Source: Vicugna vicugna (Eukaryota). From it: DNA of 64,000 bases. The DNA lies in NCBI GenBank assembly GCA_013265495.1, contig MU058725.1, forward strand, positions 1 to 64,000. The letters are read 5' to 3'. How positions within the stretch are numbered: the stretch's first letter is position 1; every line of letters starts with the position of its first letter. Shown in pieces: positions 38,413 through 52,139 of this stretch. Under the pieces are notes generated by a model that ran no database searches, was not told the origin of the DNA, and was given only the letters and a program-made list of their open reading frames with translations. A program made the position numbers and the translations under genes.

Positions 38413-41400
38413 TATTTGAACTTCATTTGCGGGTTCTGGGTCCCTGTGGTTCTTTGGGCCTCCCTATGGCACTCTGACCACTTCCCCACACAGGATAAAG
38501 CTCAGTTTTCTCCCAGATACACAGCTCCTCTTAGTCCCACAGCCATTCAGCCAGAAAATACAGAGTTTTAAAAACCCATGGAAAATACACATTGAGCAGT
38601 GGTGGTGCTGGTGGCATGGCCTTGCTGTCTGTCTGCTCCTCTTCCCTGGCTTCATCCTCCATCTCTTCCTCTCCCTCTGGATTCAGTGCTCCTTCTGCCT
38701 GGTTGAACTGCCCCCTCTTCTGCAGTGGCCCCCTCCTCTGTCCTTGGGGACAGAAGGCCTGAACCTACTCCGTGATTGCCTGGGGTCTGTTTTCCTGATC
38801 CTGTGCTGACCTTGGCCTGAGCCTCTGAGGCCTCCTCCATCTCTGTTTGGACAAAGGGTGGCCCTCTTCTCCTGCCGGCCATCCTGGAGGTGGCTGGGGT
38901 GAACGACATCATGCCCTGAGCACTGAGAGGGAAACAAGCCATGGTGTGTGGGGACCTGGGATCCTGACCTTCCAACTCCTGGGGCTGGGCCTTAACATAC
39001 ACACACAGACCATGTCGACATGAATACAGGTGGACAGGTGCACAGACACAGTCACAAACACGTGGGCATGCACACAGGCACACCTGAGATGGAAGCATGA
39101 CAACATGTAGACACACACATATCAGGCTTCTGGGCCAGGGTCAGTCTGGTCCCCACTCTCTCTGGAGATTCTAGAGAATATTCTGAACTCAGGGAGCCTT
39201 GCTCTCCTGAGTCAGAAAGTCCTAATGTAAAGAAAACATAGTAGGAGCTTCAGTCTCCATGAAACTCTCAACCACTCACCTGTGTCCACACCCCTTCCAG
39301 TGTGTTCATGCAGGTGCTTCTGTACAGTTAAACTTAGGGCATCTTCTATTCTGCCCTCAGCACTGATTTTTGTTTTCCTCCATTTACCCATTTTCTAGAT
39401 TCATCCTGGCCCATGTCATAGATTTTCATTTAAAGGGTAAAAGAACATTCCAGGGCATTTAGCTCTCATGGTTGCTAAGTTCTTCCTCTGTTTGGGGCAG
39501 ATGCTCCATTGCTAGTTTTTGGCAGTAATAAATAGGACTGTTGGAACATCTTTGCTCAAATGCTTCTCTTTATCTTCTGGGTCGTTTCCTTGGGGATGTA
39601 GCCCTGAAAGGAAACGGCTGTGTCCAAGGGTGGGAATGGTCCCTGGGTGCTTCTTACCCTGTGGGACTGTTGTTTGTGAAAGGACCATCTGAGTTGTGAA
39701 TTCAGAATTGGAGTCAGCAGGATTTACTGAGGATCTCTTGTGCTCAGGACTGTGCCAAAGCAGCCTGGGAGAGAGAAGATTCCAGCTCCGGGTGTGAGAG
39801 ACATCAGGTGGCAGAAGACCTGGGGTCCCATCCCAGCCTCACCCTCAACTCCCTGCATGAACTTGAGCAAGGCCCTTCCCCTCTCTGGGCCTCAGTCTTC
39901 CCATCTGAGAAATGAAAGGGTTGGACAGGCAATGATGGCCGGAGAGTGCCTAGTGGCTCTGGTGCCATGATTCAGCCCAGGAATGCTCGGGCAAGGCGGT
40001 TTCTAGGCAACAGTGCTTGTTTGTGGTTCTAATGTGTAACTGGAACAGCAGTGAGTGCTCCTGGCTTCAGCTCTGGCTCCCAAGGGCAGCCAGCCAGGGT
40101 CCCACACGGGGTCAAACCATTCAGGGGAGGGGAGAGGACAGTGAGAGGATGGAGCATCCTGAGGGTGGGGCAGGGCAGTCAGCACACCCACTCCTTCTCC
40201 TGGCCCAGTGGAGGGGTGGGGGCTGCAGCTGGGTTATGATGATCCAGGAGAATAGCTGCCCTGTCCCCGGGAGCCAGCAGTATGGCAGGGACCGCCCAGG
40301 GGCCCTGCATGGGGTCTCTACCTCGGTGGGTCCAGACGGCTCATGCTGATTCTTGGCTTGGTGGCTCTGAGGTCAGGTCTTTCCAGCCTATGGCCAGTAG
40401 CTCTCTTTCTGGGGAACATTCAAGTGAAATAAATTTCTGAGCCGAACATCGAGGTCACAAAATTGGTGGGAGCTTGTTTGCAGAGTCCCAGTTCTGCCCT
40501 GACCATGGGATGGCCGTGGACGACAGGATTTCATCTCTCTGGGACTAGGTTTTCTCATCTGCAGAAGAGGGTGATGATAGTAGGACCTACCTGCCTTGCA
40601 GGTTTGGCTGTTTGGAGTTTCAAATGAGAACGTGCAAAAGGGCTGAGCTGTGCCCTGGAACACAGGAAGCGCTCAAGCATTGACAGCCGTTGCTGTTAGC
40701 ATCCCTGGATTTACGTTACATGAGCTCCCAGGTGGTGCGTCCTCCCTCCCTGCCATACGTTGTGCTTGGCCCTTTGGCTAGTACTAGGCCCCTTTCCCTA
40801 AATTTCTCCAGCTTGGGGCTCCTGTTTGGGGCTTCCTTCCAAGGGGCTATGATGTGGGTGAGGCCCCAGCAAGGAGGTGAGGGACAGAGAGGCCACTGGT
40901 GGATGGAGATGCCCTCCAGGCTGACTGGTGCTGGTGGCAGGGAGGGGAGGAATCCTTGTCTCAGGCTTAGACCCCACCCCAGCCCAGCAGACACACACCC
41001 AGCACATATTGACGTGTGGTGGGCGTCTGTCCTGACCACATGCTGTGGGTGAGAATCAGTTTCTGGTGGGCTTGGTGCTGCAGGGAGCACTGTTCATTCA
41101 ACAGCCACTGACCCCCCTCCCGGAAGGCTCTGCTAGCCCAGGGAGGTTGGATGTGCTCTTTAGAAACGGGGGCAGCAGGATGAGCATGGGACACCGCAGG
41201 AGGGACTGGGTGCAGACACACCACCCAGACTCTAAGCAGCCTGAGGACAGGGAGCATTTCCTCCATCCCAGAGGCAGCTGGGCCACCTTGAAACCCGTGG
41301 CTCTTTGTCAAATCAGTGAATGAGTGAATGAATGAATGAACGAGCATTTGCCTGACTTGGGCTCCAGGGAACTCAGAGCAGGGGAAGTGTAACCTGCCTG

Positions 41401-43364
41401 GATTCATCAGGGAAGGCTTCTATGGGGGCAGTGCCTGTGCTAAGGGCTGGGGACATGGCAGGAACCTGGGCACACCTGGCCCCAACCCTCATGGAGCCAT
41501 CAGATGGTGACAGGTGATTACAGATATGATAAATGCCCCAGCGGCTCCAGGAGCATGAAACTGAGAGCAGGGATCCACCTGGGGCAGCAGGAGTGGCTTT
41601 CCTGAGCCACAGAGCAGCTGGAGAGGTGAGCCCAAGCTGGGTTGCAGCCAAGGTGCAGCCTGAGAATTTACACTTTCTATCAGGTGCCCTTTGGCCTCTC
41701 TGGGCAGGTACGTCCCCCTTGGAGCTCGTGGGACCCAGGGGACCTGGCAGGGTAAGTGAACCACTCCCGAATCTCCCGCAGCACCCCCCAACCATCTGCA
41801 TGGCTGCGTGAACTTACAGTGAAGCTCGAGCCCAGTGGATGTCATGAACAGGAAATTCCCCTCAAACTTCTCTGTCTTTTCATTTGGGTGCCACACAGAC
41901 CATCTGGCTGCTCTCACGGTGATGGAGAGGCTGCTGCTAATGACACCACACGCACATGGCAAGAGTGCCCTCCCCACTTCCTCCCACCTCTCTCCTGCCC
42001 TCACCTCCCCTCCCCCTTCTGCAGCCCCCAAACCTCGAGGAGTTTTGGGATGTGGAGAGAGAGCAGGGCATAGGGGACAGAAGGGCTGTCCTGGAAACCC
42101 CAGGACTCCAGGTCCTGTCCCGCAGGCCCCATGGGCCCATGGCGGCTGCTTTATTTTTTCCTGACATCTCATCTGAGTGGGGTTTGCTCTGTGCAAGGTC
42201 TGGGCTAGGTTCTGGGGATACAAAAGCAAATAAGACAGAAGGGGATGTGTCTTCTTGGGGCCCGCAGGTGACACGAGCCGGCGTGGTGAGGGCTCTGCAG
42301 GCCTCAGCTCAGCTATCTGTAAGATGGGTCTCCCTTTCCATTTCCTCCTTTGGGTGTAGTGAGCAGGATTTCCTTTCTAGGAAATGACATGGGGCTCATC
42401 ACGAGAAAGACAAGATGCCTAATTTTATTGTTGAGAATTGTTTCCACTTTTGGTAGTTTCTTGCATTTTTTTTTCCCCCAGAAGCTTCGCCTTCCTATCT
42501 TTTTAAGGGCTAGGTGAGGGAGAGAGCAAGGGGTTCTGTGGCCTCTAAAGTTCTTAGAAAAACTAGACAGCAAACTCTGAGATCAAGTGTCCAGAGCTTT
42601 CTTTTCAAATATGAAGAAACTGGGGTTCAGAGACACCGACTGCCCCGCCTGGAGTTGCACAGCATATAGCCAAACTGGATCTCAGATCCCCAACTCTGGT
42701 GCCCAGCCTAGACCTCTTTCAGCTGACCCACGTGTCCCTGCTGGGCTAGTCAAGGTTTGAAGCAAAGTCACCGAAGGAAGGAACTGTGTCCCTTCCCCTG
42801 AGTGTGACTGAATATGTATGTTTCAGCCTCAAACTGATTTGGCTTGTATTTGGTGGATGTCAATATTATTTAATTTAAAAGAAACAAAAGCAAAAAACAA
42901 CTGTGGATGAGTAAAGTCAGGCCGGGGGAGTGGAGCCAAGCAGGGGAAATGTTTACTTGTCACTGGGATAAATAAACATCTGTGTGGTGTCTTCCCCCTT
43001 TTTCTTCCACTTTGACATATTAAGGGACCTACTTAGGGCTGCCTAGCTGGTTGGGGACTTGGGGGGCGAGCACACAGAGACACTGAGTGGGGCAGGGATT
43101 TTACTAACAGCAGGGCCGTTTATTGAGCACTTAGTATGTCCCAGGCACGGTGGGCTTTGTGTGCATCATGTCACTGCATATGTACCATCTCCTGTGACCC
43201 CAGATGAGGACACTGAGGTTTAGGGAGATGGAGTCCTTGGCCTAAGAGCAGCCTACAAGAGGCCAAATGGCGGCATGCAGAGGCCACTTGCTGTCAAAGC
43301 CCTGCTTCCACCTGCTCTGCTGGGCTGCTTCTCAGGACAGGGGCCCTTCCCTGTGACCTGGGGT

Positions 43365-43520
43365 AGTGTTCCCAAGGTGTGGTCCCCTGACCACCTGTGT
43401 CAGAGCCACCTGGGGCCTTGGTAGAACCCCAGTTTCAGTGTCCCACCAAGTCAGAGCCTCTGGTGGGGCCTGGGAGTTTGCATGTTTCAGATACAGTTGG
43501 AAGGTTCTGATAAAGCCCTG
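43365..43520. mobile_element. MER5-like hAT MITE remnant
   Basis: agtgttcccaaggtgtggtcccctgaccacctgtgtcagagccacctggg..gggcctgggagtttgcatgttt. Confidence 0.55.
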
Positions 43521-46500
43521 CCCTGTAAGGGGGAACGATGGAGTCTCTACCTGTGAGCGCTGATGGTGCGTGAGCCTGTGGCCAGGAGTCCTGCTCCTGT
43601 GTGGGGAGGGCACATACATCAGTGTGCAGAGAGCTCTGGTGGTGATAGAAAGAACAAACAAATGAATGAAAAGAGGGAGGGAGGGAGGAAAGAAAAAACT
43701 CTAAATGATTAAATGTTCACCAAAAAGGGAGCAAATTAATAAATGGTGATATGATCACACAAAAGACAACTATACAACAGTGAAAAATGAATCAGTTAGA
43801 CCCACATACACATGATCCCATTTATATAAGAGTTTTAAAGCAAAACTGCATTGCATATTGTTATGGATGCAATGTCATCACCATGGTAACAGCTGATATT
43901 TGTTGAGTACCTCTGTCCCAGGCACCGTGCTGTGAATTAGGTCTTTCGGTTCTCTGGACAACTCTCTGAAGGTTAAGTACCACTGTTGTCTCTTTTTCCC
44001 AAAAGGAGAAAACGGAGGCACAGAGAGGTTAAGTGACTTGCCCAACCTCACACAGCAAGCACATGGCAGAACAGGGTCAGACCCAGTTGGTTCAGCCCAG
44101 TGCCCGGGCTCTAGAGACCAGTACCCAGTGTATCATGTACAACTGTCCTCAGAGAACTTGCTCCAGGTGACTGCTGGGTTCTCAGGGCAAACTGGAGGGG
44201 TTGGTTGCTGAGCAGGGGGATTATGACACCTCTTGGCAGATGGGGAGACAGGACCAGCAGGGCAAAGCTAGTTGCCTGAAGTTGCACAGACCCTGATGAG
44301 CACAGGCTGAGGGGCCCTTGGGTTCCCCCACCTCCATGCTGGCTGCTTGTGCTTAGGGTCAGCCGGGGCCAGTGGCCACAGCTGCCCTCCCAGTTCAAGG
44401 GGGCAGGGGCAACACAGGGCCAGCACCTATGGGCTGGTGACAGCATGTCTGCAGGGGCCCCCTGGGGTCCAGCCCAGCTGCAGGAGCCTGGTTGGGGGTC
44501 CCAGATCCCTGTGGGATGTTCAGGTGACTTCAGCAGGGTGGGCTGGATTGGGGAGGGCAGTGATGGACTGCTTCTTCCTGAGGGCCCAACACAGTGCTGG
44601 ACAACAGGACACCAAAGAGCACTGGATTCCGAGTCTGCCCAGCCCTGGCTCGTTAACACAGAAGGCCTCTGGGCTGCAGCATCACCATGGAAGCTGTGGG
44701 AGGGGTCTTCAAACGAAACCTCATGCCCCCTCTCAGAGCAGGGTGGAGGAGCCGCAGGTGTGTGCATTAAAGGAGGGGGAGTTTCTGGCGACCAAGTGCC
44801 AGGTCCTGGGCTGAGCGCACATAGAATCTGTTCACCAGCCCCAGTCACAGGCCCTTTGTGTGCCCATTATACAGATGAGGAAACGGGGATGAAGGGACTT
44901 GCTTTACCTGGCTCGGAAGGGTTCAAAGTCAGACCCAACCCAGTGGACTCCTAGTCCAGTGTCCTAGGATCAATGCCTGGTGGCCCCTGCCTGTCTCCAA
45001 TCCCCAGACTTTTTCACAGAGGCTGACTCACACGTCCAGTAAACCAGCCCTTTGGGACTACAGCACAGTGTGGGGCCAAGATAGCCACCCCTCGGTCAAC
45101 TGCCCAGCACTGAAACTTGCTTCGATCCTCCCAAGCTATGTACCTCGGGGCGGTTCCCATCTCTTTTCTGAGCCTCAGTTTTCCCAGCTGTACAGTGGGG
45201 TCACACCCATCTCTCTGCACAGGGCTGCTGTGAAGGCCCAGTGGACGACAGGAGTTTTAGGTCCCAGCATCATGCCTGGCGCATAGTAGGGGCTCGGGAA
45301 AGTGGGTTAACCGGATGATTCTACCTTTCTGTAAAACCTCCCGGCGAATCCTGCTGCCTGCACAAGTTGGGCTCTTCTATGACTGGTGAGAGGATGCTCT
45401 GTGCCCCCCTCCCACCACCACCACTGCATGGACGGTGCTTTCTAGCAGGGAAGGTGTCTGGGTGTCTAAGGAGCAAGTGGACGCTTACAGAAAAGCCTGG
45501 CAGGCATTGAGGTGGGAGCCCTAGGAGCCAGGTGGGCTCCCTCATGCAGAGCTGCCCACCTGGAGGGGCCGTTGTGCCGCCTTTGACCAGTGCGCCGCCT
45601 TGTGCCAGTCTCTGGTAACAGCGAGCAAGGCACTCTCAGGAGATGGGAGGTGGGAGGTGGGACCACTGGCCTGGGCCTCCTGCCCTGCTTGCCTCATGGC
45701 TGCCTACAACTCTACCGTCATCTCTGGTCAGCCAGGGGCCTGACCTCTGGGCCGGAGTTCAGCCAGGTCAGCATAACTCAAGTCCTCTAATAACACTGCC
45801 TCATCCCAGCCAGCACCTGCCCCCTGGCCTTTTCCCTTTCAAGTTTCTGGCTGTCTGGGGGGCAGTGTTGGGAGCTGGCAACCACGAGTCATGTGACCTT
45901 GGGCTCTGAGGGCAAAAGGAGAAAGACCAGAGCCCAGGGCCTGGATGTGGGAGCCCTGGTACCTGCAGGGCATGGCACCACCCACCTCCTCCCTGTGAGG
46001 CGGGACAGAGGTCAGGAGCCTGGCCACCAACTTGCTGGTGACTTGGGGCAATCATTGCTTCTCTCTTGACCCCTGTGAAATGGGAGTGGGGCGGTGAGGT
46101 GAGTGATTTCTAGAGACAGCCCTAGTCCCCTGGAGTTTTCCCATCCCAGAGCTTCAGGGCAGTTCTGTGTTACAGCTCCTTTAGGGGATAGATGTTCAAA
46201 ATTGATTAAGAAAAAAAAAGTCCCAGCATTCAAAACTCAGTGCCCCTCTAGGCCAGCAGTCCTGATCCTTGGTGGTGGGAGGATGGGTTGGGCCCTCTGG
46301 AGAAGCTGAGGAGCTGGGAGGGGCATGAGTGTGTTTGTGGGGGGTGTGTGTGTGTGTTCACCTGTGTGTCCCCATGGTGGGGAGCAGGTCCCTGGCAGTG
46401 GAACACTTGGGCGTGCATCCTGGGTGGGCACAGAGGAAATGGCAGAGGATTCTATGGGAAAACAGACATGGAGGATTAAGTAGCCCAGAGATCCCAGAGC

Positions 46501-47872
46501 TCTGGTGGCCACAGGCCTCCCTTTCCCTCACAGCCACCATGCAGCTTCCCCAGCACTTAGGGCAGAGAAGCCCGCTTGGTGGGTGGGGCAGGGCCCCCCC
46601 TGAACGAGGCCACACCCAGGGTGCCTTGGATGTGCTGCATCATAATCTTGCCCCACCCACAATGGGGTGGCCCACCCCTTCCTCCCACCACCTTTCCCCC
46701 TCTGTGGCTGAACAGATAAAAGAGCAAGTGAGGCAAAGAGAGAGTGTGTGTTTACAAAGAGCACCTTGCTGCCAGGGGAGGCGGCAGATAAAGGGGGGTG
46801 TTGTTAATGGTCATTGGTGCTGGCAGTGACTGAGGGTCCCGCTGACTCATGGTGGCAGTGGACATCGATGGGGTGATGGAGGAGCTGCAGGCTCCCCTCC
46901 TGCTTGGTGCCAGTGGAGGTAGGAAGGCAGGTGTTGGCCGAGAGGGCGGAGCTGTGGGTAAGGGCGGCCCTTGTCCTGAGGTCACTCAGCAAGTCTGCAG
47001 AGCTGGGGCTTCCGGGTCCCCGAGCCCTACTGTGGCCACTAGGCACCAGGCCTCACAGGCTTGTGTGCTGCTTGGAAGCTTTGGTCATTTCTTCAGCACT
47101 GATCTGAGAACCTACTGTGTGTCCAGGCCCAGTGGGGCAGCTGTTCATTGTGTACCCACTGTGTGCCAGGCCAGAAGAGATGACGGTCTGGTGGCAGAGC
47201 CAGATGCTGGACAGTCCGACGTGAGGCGTGTCGGAGAAGGGGCTCCAGGAGGACTGTGGTGCTCACGGTGGGGCCGGGCATCTGTCGTTGATGGTGCCAG
47301 AACTTGTGTCTATGCGTTGATCTGATGGGACAGTACGGGTGCTGAGCATGGCAGGCTTGTACATTCATGTGGCACCTACTGCGTGCCAGGCGCTGGGCTT
47401 GCGGCTGGGCGTGCAGCAGGGAGCAAAGCAAAAGCCCTGCCCTTGTGGGGGAGCTAGACAATAGACCAAAAAAAAAAAAAAACTCGTAAAGAACTACATC
47501 TTATGTATGTTAGAAAGTTGGAGGTGATGCATAAAAAATAGAAGGCCCAGGGCTGGTGAGGGGATTGGGAGTGCTGGTGGGGGCAATTTCAGCTGGGGTC
47601 CCTGAGAAGGGAACCAGGAAAGTCTCTGGCCCCCATGCCTGTGACCCCCCAGGGCTCTGGGAGGCCGTGTGGACACACAGTGCTGGGTGGGAAGGTGGCT
47701 GGTGTGTGGGCATCTGCAGTTCTGAGGGCCGCATCTCCAGCCTGTGGGGCTAGGAGGTATCTGGGACCCCCCCACCGTAGGGTCAGTGACATTTGCACAA
47801 GGAAGGGGGCAGTGTGGGTGTGGAGAGGGAAGCGGATAAGGTGTTTGTGCTGATGACTCTGTGCCCCACCAG

Positions 47873-48068
47873 GGACACCCAAGCCGCAGGTCATGTGGCG
47901 GAAGGGCCTGTCCTTGGACCCCCTGCGTGGCCGTCTGGGTCTGACGGTGCTGGATGAAGGCTCCCTGTTCCTGGCCTCCGTCTCTTCCACTGATGGCAGA
48001 AACTACGAGTGCCAGGCCACCAATGAGGCAGGCTCTGCAACCCAGGCGAGCCAAGCTGGTGGTCCACG
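47873..48068 (+). pseudogene. HMCN2: HMCN2 pseudo-exon; +1 frameshift ~48043
   Basis: [64 protein letters not shown]|gtgagc. Confidence 0.9.
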
Positions 48069-48365
48069 GTGAGCGGGGACCCTAGAGCTGGGGGGACGGC
48101 CTGTACACACCTCCCGCTGCTCCCCAGGATGCCTAGGTGTGGCATTCCCGGCTCCTCGGCCTGAAGGCTCACCGCAGGGACGGCTGCGGGTCCCTGCCCC
48201 CAGTGCCTGTCCGGAGGGCTTGAGGGTGCTGGGAGAGTGGCAGGTTCCGTGGGCATCCCCTTCCCCAGAGAGACCCCCACCGAGACAGTGAAGGAGAACC
48301 TGGAACTCTTTAAATGGCTTTTTAAATGGCCTAGTGGTGAATTCATTTTAGAATGAGCACTGATA

Positions 48366-48468
48366 GGGGGAGGGGTAGAGCTCAGTGGTAGAGTGTGTGC
48401 TTAGCACGTATGGGTTCAATCCCCAGTACCTCCATTAAAATAAAGAAAGAAACCTAATTTCATTCCTA
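48366..48468 (+). mobile_element. tRNA-derived SINE, camelid Vic-1-like
   Basis: GGGGGAGGGGTAGAGCTCAGTGGTAGAG..GGGTTCAATCCCCAGTACCTCCATTAAAA with A and B boxes; 15-bp TSD agaatgagc(a/g)ctgat at 48350-48364 and 48469-48483. Confidence 0.85.
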
Positions 48469-49058
48469 AGAATGAGCGCTGATGACAGTTTAGGGTCCCT
48501 AAACCCATCTCCCATTAAAGCTGCTGAAGCCACCTGAAGCTCATATTCTGCCCGTCCATGGTGCTGTGTCCCAAAGGAGGGGACCACTTCCCCTTAACAT
48601 GGGCTCATGGAAGGGGTGAGAAGCAGTTTTAATGGTTCCTGATCGGGTGGCTTGCCATGTAATGACTTGCCTGGGATGTTTGTTTCAAAGACTTACCCAG
48701 ACCCCACTTTCTGAGATTCTGACTTGGGAAAACCTCCCAGGTGACCATGACAACAGTTTGGGTGTAGAACCAACTGGATCTGGGGACTTCCGCATCTTAC
48801 AAAGTGGAATGTCAGGGACAGAGGCGGGCACAGTTCCTGGTCACAACCAGGTCAAGTTCCCCAGGCGAGGCTGCTGAGGCCATTCCTGGGGCCACAGGCT
48901 CCTGATGCACAGATCAGGGGCTGGGGCAGGCATCCTGGGACTCAGAATCTGGGGAAGGGCGGCAGTTGGGGCTGCCTTGTCCAGACGGGGTCCCGGTGAC
49001 TGTGGCTGTGGGTGTCCTGAGGAGGGGGCAGTTTTCTCTGCTTCTCCTTGCTCCCAAG

Positions 49059-49188
49059 TGCCCCCAGCATCCAGGAGGATGGGTCCTGGGCCAACGTGTC
49101 AGGCATGGCTGGGCAGTCCTTGATGCTGGAGTGTGACACAAATGGCTTTCCGGCCCCTGAGATCATGTGGCTAGAAGATGGGCAGCTG
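49059..49188 (+). pseudogene. HMCN2: HMCN2 pseudo-exon; 1-nt deletion in C run
   Basis: /[41 protein letters not shown]|gtgggt. Confidence 0.9.
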
Positions 49189-49520
49189 GTGGGTGTTCCC
49201 TGGGGTGGATGGGCTGTGGGTGGGACTTGGACAGGGCTCAGGCCTTCTGGATGCATTCTTGTTTGTGCCATGTGTGGCGGGAAGATGTGACAGGTGATAG
49301 GTGTCTTTGGGGATGCACTGGGGCTCAGGGCCATGGGGGACTGTGGTCCTATGATGAAGCCTGGAGGGCTGCATGGTGGAGAGAACACAACACTATTCCA
49401 GGAGTCAGAAGCCCTGGGTTCTGAAAACCAACCAGATCCCTGGGCCTCAGTTTCCTCATTGCTGGTGCTGGGGGATGGCCAGACCCCGTTCATCAGCTCC
49501 CTGTGGCCTCTTCTGCCCAG

Positions 49521-49668
49521 ATCCCCGAGGTGGGCAGCCACCACTTCCTGGACGGGGCCCAGACCCTCCACTTTCCCAGGAATGAGGAGGGCGATGTGGG
49601 CCTCTACTCCTGCCGGACCGAGAACCAGGCCGGGACTGCCCAAAGGGACATCGGTCTCCTTGTGCTCA
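49521..49668 (+). pseudogene. HMCN2: HMCN2 pseudo-exon (frame open)
   Basis: [49 protein letters not shown]|gtgagt. Confidence 0.9.
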
Positions 49669-50078
49669 GTGAGTGAGGCCTGAGCCCCCACAGTTTCCAA
49701 GGGTGCCTGGCCCTGCAGCCACTACCCTTTTAGGTGGGTCAGGGAAAAGGGGAGACTGCCTGCTGGGAGCCTGAGGCACAGAGGGGCCCATGGCAGACCC
49801 GGGCCTGTGTTCACAGAGCCATAGGGACAGACATGAGACAGCAACACCATTAGCTAAGTAATTACTGTTGTGTTCTGTGCTATGGAAGAGTAGGGCGGGC
49901 CTCTGAGGATGCACAGAGCAGGGGCCCCTCCAGCCAGGAGCTTGGGGGAGCTTCCCAGGAGGGCTGAGTGGGCGGAGGAAAGGCTCACTGGGCAGGGGAC
50001 CTGTACATGCAAAAGCCCCGTGGCAGGCAGGGCTTGTAGGGTTTGAGCATTTTCACTCCCTACCCCTTCTCTCCCCCG

Positions 50079-50204
50079 TCCCACCTTCCATGCTTGGAGC
50101 TGGGGCCGCTCAGGAGGTGCTGGGCCTGGCTGGTGCAGGGGTGGAACTGGAGTGCCGGACCTTGGAGTCCCCACGCCCCAGGTGGAATGGGCCAAGGACG
50201 GGCA
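50079..50204 (+). pseudogene. HMCN2: HMCN2 pseudo-exon; acceptor reads CG; 1-nt deletion ~50166
   Basis: ctcccccg|PPSMLGAGAAQEVLGLAGAGVELECRTL/VPTPQVEWAKDG|gtgagt. Confidence 0.88.
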
Positions 50205-50479
50205 GTGAGTGGTTTCCCCCACCAGCAGTGGGTAGCGTCGGGGTGGAGCCCAGGCTGGGACCGGATGGAGGAGTCTCTGGGGAGGTGGAACTCTGCAGGG
50301 TGGGGGCTTGTGCACGAGCCACCCAGGGCCGAGGCAGAGGGCAGCGTGAGGCACTCCTACCTGAGATCACCCAGGTCAGACCCTGCTTTCGCCAGGCAGT
50401 GTTTTCTCATCACTCAGCCCATCTTCCTCTTGTTTTTAAAACTTCTTAAAGGTACTTTTTATTTTAAGGTATTTAAGGT

Positions 50480-50905
50480 ATTAATATGATATTCACCATC
50501 CCAAAGGGCACAATTCAGTGTATTTACTGCATCCACAGTACTGCACAACCATCACTTCTGTCTAGTTCCAGAACACTTCATCACCCCGAAAGGAGACCCT
50601 GTACCCATTAGCAGTTACACCTCTGTTCTTCCCCTCCCCCAGCCCCTGGCAACCACAAATCTGCTTTCTGTCTCTATAGATTTCCCTATATTTCACATAC
50701 ATTTTAGGCAGTCATGCAGTATGTGGCCTTCTGTGTCTGGCTTAGCACACAGTTTTCAAGGTTCATCCACATTGTAGCAGGTTTTGGGATTTCATCCCTT
50801 TTAATGACTGTGTAATATTCCATTGTAGGAATCGACCCCATTTTGTTTATGTTTATCCGTTGTTGGGTGTTTGGGCTGTTGGCACCTTTCAGCGACTGTG
50901 AATCT
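50480..50905 (-). mobile_element. L1 3' fragment
   Basis: caaccatcacttctgtctagttccagaacacttcatcacccc..cccctggcaaccacaaatctgctttctgtctctat. Confidence 0.8.
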
Positions 50906-51003
50906 TTCAGTCTTTCTTTTCCCAAGCAGCAGGCTCCCCTCCGTGCAGCCTGCCCCTGCCAGCATCTTGGCCTTACAAGCAGTCTTCTCCACCATCTCTG
51001 CAG

Positions 51004-51158
51004 ACCTGTTCTCTAAGGGGACCCTCACATCCAGCTCCAGGAGGATGGCCAGGTTCTCAGAATCACCAGCAGTTATGTGGGGGATGAAGGGCGGTACCAG
51101 CGGGTGGCCTTAAGCCCAGCAGGCCAGCAGGCCAAGGATTTCCAGCTCAGAATCCACC
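51004..51158 (+). pseudogene. HMCN2: HMCN2 pseudo-exon; TAA at 51014-51016; Cys>Arg
   Basis: [50 protein letters not shown]|gtgagc. Confidence 0.9.
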
Positions 51159-52139
51159 GTGAGCCCGGCCTCTTCCAGGCCCCTGCCATGGGCTGACCAC
51201 TGCATGGAGGGTGGTGAGGGGAGAAATGGGGACTATGAGGAGTGAGCCCCCAGTCCAGTAAAGCAGGGTTTGTAGGGGAGAGGTGGGTGGAGGGGGTGAA
51301 AGACAGAGGGAATCTGGCCCGTTACCCAAATCCCATCTGAGCTTCACAAGTTTTGCTATTCCTGATTCCACTCAGGATGATTGTTTCTTTAAATCAAGTC
51401 ACTTTTCTTTACACTGAAACACATTCACTTAAAAGGATGTTTAATATCTCACAGGGAAGTAGGAACCAGGGCCACTTGGCCTTCAGGGGAGGAAGCTGGG
51501 GAAACAAATGTGACCAAAGAGGGATGTTGGAAACACTCAGGTGTGAGCTGCCTGCATGTAGTGGGAAGGGCAGAGCAGAAGATGCTAGAACGTTTGGGAA
51601 CACAGTGGCAGCAAACACACCAAATGCCTTTACTTTATTGTAATCAGGCAAGAATGAGATTTGGGAAGGGTGTAGCTGTTCTGTTACAAGATGCAGGCCT
51701 GCGTGCCCCGAGGATTGTCTTGGGTACCACTCGTGGTGTGTGTCCAGCCCTGTGGGAACCCCTGATCCAGTTCAGTCCCCCATTTCACAGCTGGGGAAAC
51801 TGAACCCCAGAGAGGGCTAGTGACCTATGCTGGTCACACAGTGAGTTAGAGGCAGAGTGGGGTCCAGAGCCTGACCTGGGGCCCCTCCCCTAGCTTCTGT
51901 GCCTCTTGCGATGGCCAGGATTGCTTCCCTTGTCACCCAAGCTGGCCTCTCCCATCTGTCCCCAGACCCCATCCCCCTGCACCATCCCCTACGCCTTCCC
52001 CACCCCTGCAGTAGGAGCCCTTGATGTGTGTGGTGCTTGTGGCCCAGGGGCACATGCATTCAGCCTTGAGGGATGGGACACCAGCAGCCTCAGTGAGGGC
52101 CAGGCTCCCTGTGACCACACCCCTCACCATTGTCCTCAG

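Noticed and set aside
41489..42274. 261-aa minus-strand ORF containing SGKPLLL, similar to a 5' HMCN2 peptide
   Set aside because: Only a 6-residue match with no flanking similarity or splice context; chance ORF in GC-rich sequence.
44111..44954. Overlapping 245-aa and 201-aa ORFs
   Set aside because: No recognisable domain; long stop-free frames on both strands are expected at this GC content.
48366..48430. Possible tRNA gene
   Set aside because: It has A and B boxes but an incomplete cloverleaf, an A-rich tail and TSDs, so it is a SINE.
48942..49700. 252-aa minus-strand ORF
   Set aside because: Antisense shadow of two HMCN2 pseudo-exons and their intron.
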